NCBI GenBank assembly: GCA_963794945.1
Contig: CAWCFT010000009.1
Location: 1-64,000 of the forward strand
Source: Endomicrobiales bacterium
GTDB lineage: Bacteria; Elusimicrobiota; Endomicrobiia; Endomicrobiales; CAWCFT01
Length of the DNA: 64,000 nt
Direction: 5' to 3'
Shown here: one piece after another, positions 63,946-64,000 of the stretch
How positions within the stretch are numbered: the first letter of the stretch is position 1
Layout of the letters: each line of letters starts with the position of its first letter
Made by a program: the position numbers and the translations under genes
Notes under the pieces: model-generated
The model's database searches: none
Told to the model about the DNA's origin: nothing
What the model saw: only the letters and a program-made list of their open reading frames with translations

Positions 63946-64000
63946 TTTATTTTTCCAATTATTGAACTTGTTAAATATGTCCGGCTTTATAGCGTAATTC

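Noticed and set aside
1..64000. CRISPR arrays, tRNA/rRNA genes, prophage, integron or retroelement genes
   Set aside because: No spaced direct-repeat array, tRNA/rRNA signature, integrase or reverse transcriptase motif was seen by eye.

Overview
Bacterial chromosomal window. An Elusimicrobiota-like diderm origin is only a guess from gene style. About 20 single-base frameshifts are spread evenly through unrelated genes, which points to assembly or sequencing error, so split ORFs were rejoined by eye. Left to right: (1) an atypical receiver protein and a GT4 glycosyltransferase; (2) a coupled operon of PAS hybrid kinase, a short highly divergent sigma-54-like protein with an altered RpoN box, and an NtrC-type activator, the activator being cleanly interrupted by an IS1202/ISNCY-type element (TGT...ACA ends, 16-bp target duplication); (3) a ~14 kb Tad/Flp pilus locus with two TadA/CpaF ATPases (one fused to a degenerate TadZ/CpaE domain), five prepilin-like proteins, a minimal secretin, two lipoproteins, an exported 18-residue-repeat coiled-coil protein and a PorV-like barrel-TPR protein carrying an in-frame palindromic element, preceded by a candidate structured RNA with its own promoter and terminator; (4) a DUF4258/YgiT-zinc-finger TA-like pair, a methyltransferase, a second GT4 and a large multi-PAS hybrid kinase; (5) a polyphosphate operon (ppx-like, ppk1, CHAD, HD) with a candidate Pho box, plus a ROK kinase; (6) two divergent RND efflux systems; (7) a Pls/PosA-type membrane NRPS-like synthetase with a PPTase; (8) an aldo-keto reductase, SRPBCC protein, methyltransferases, a three-gene two-component cluster and YihY. 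The best candidates for undescribed systems are the divergent sigma-54-like module (with a TTGGCA-TGCCAA palindrome on its own promoter) and the dual-ATPase Tad locus with its extra components and leader RNA.
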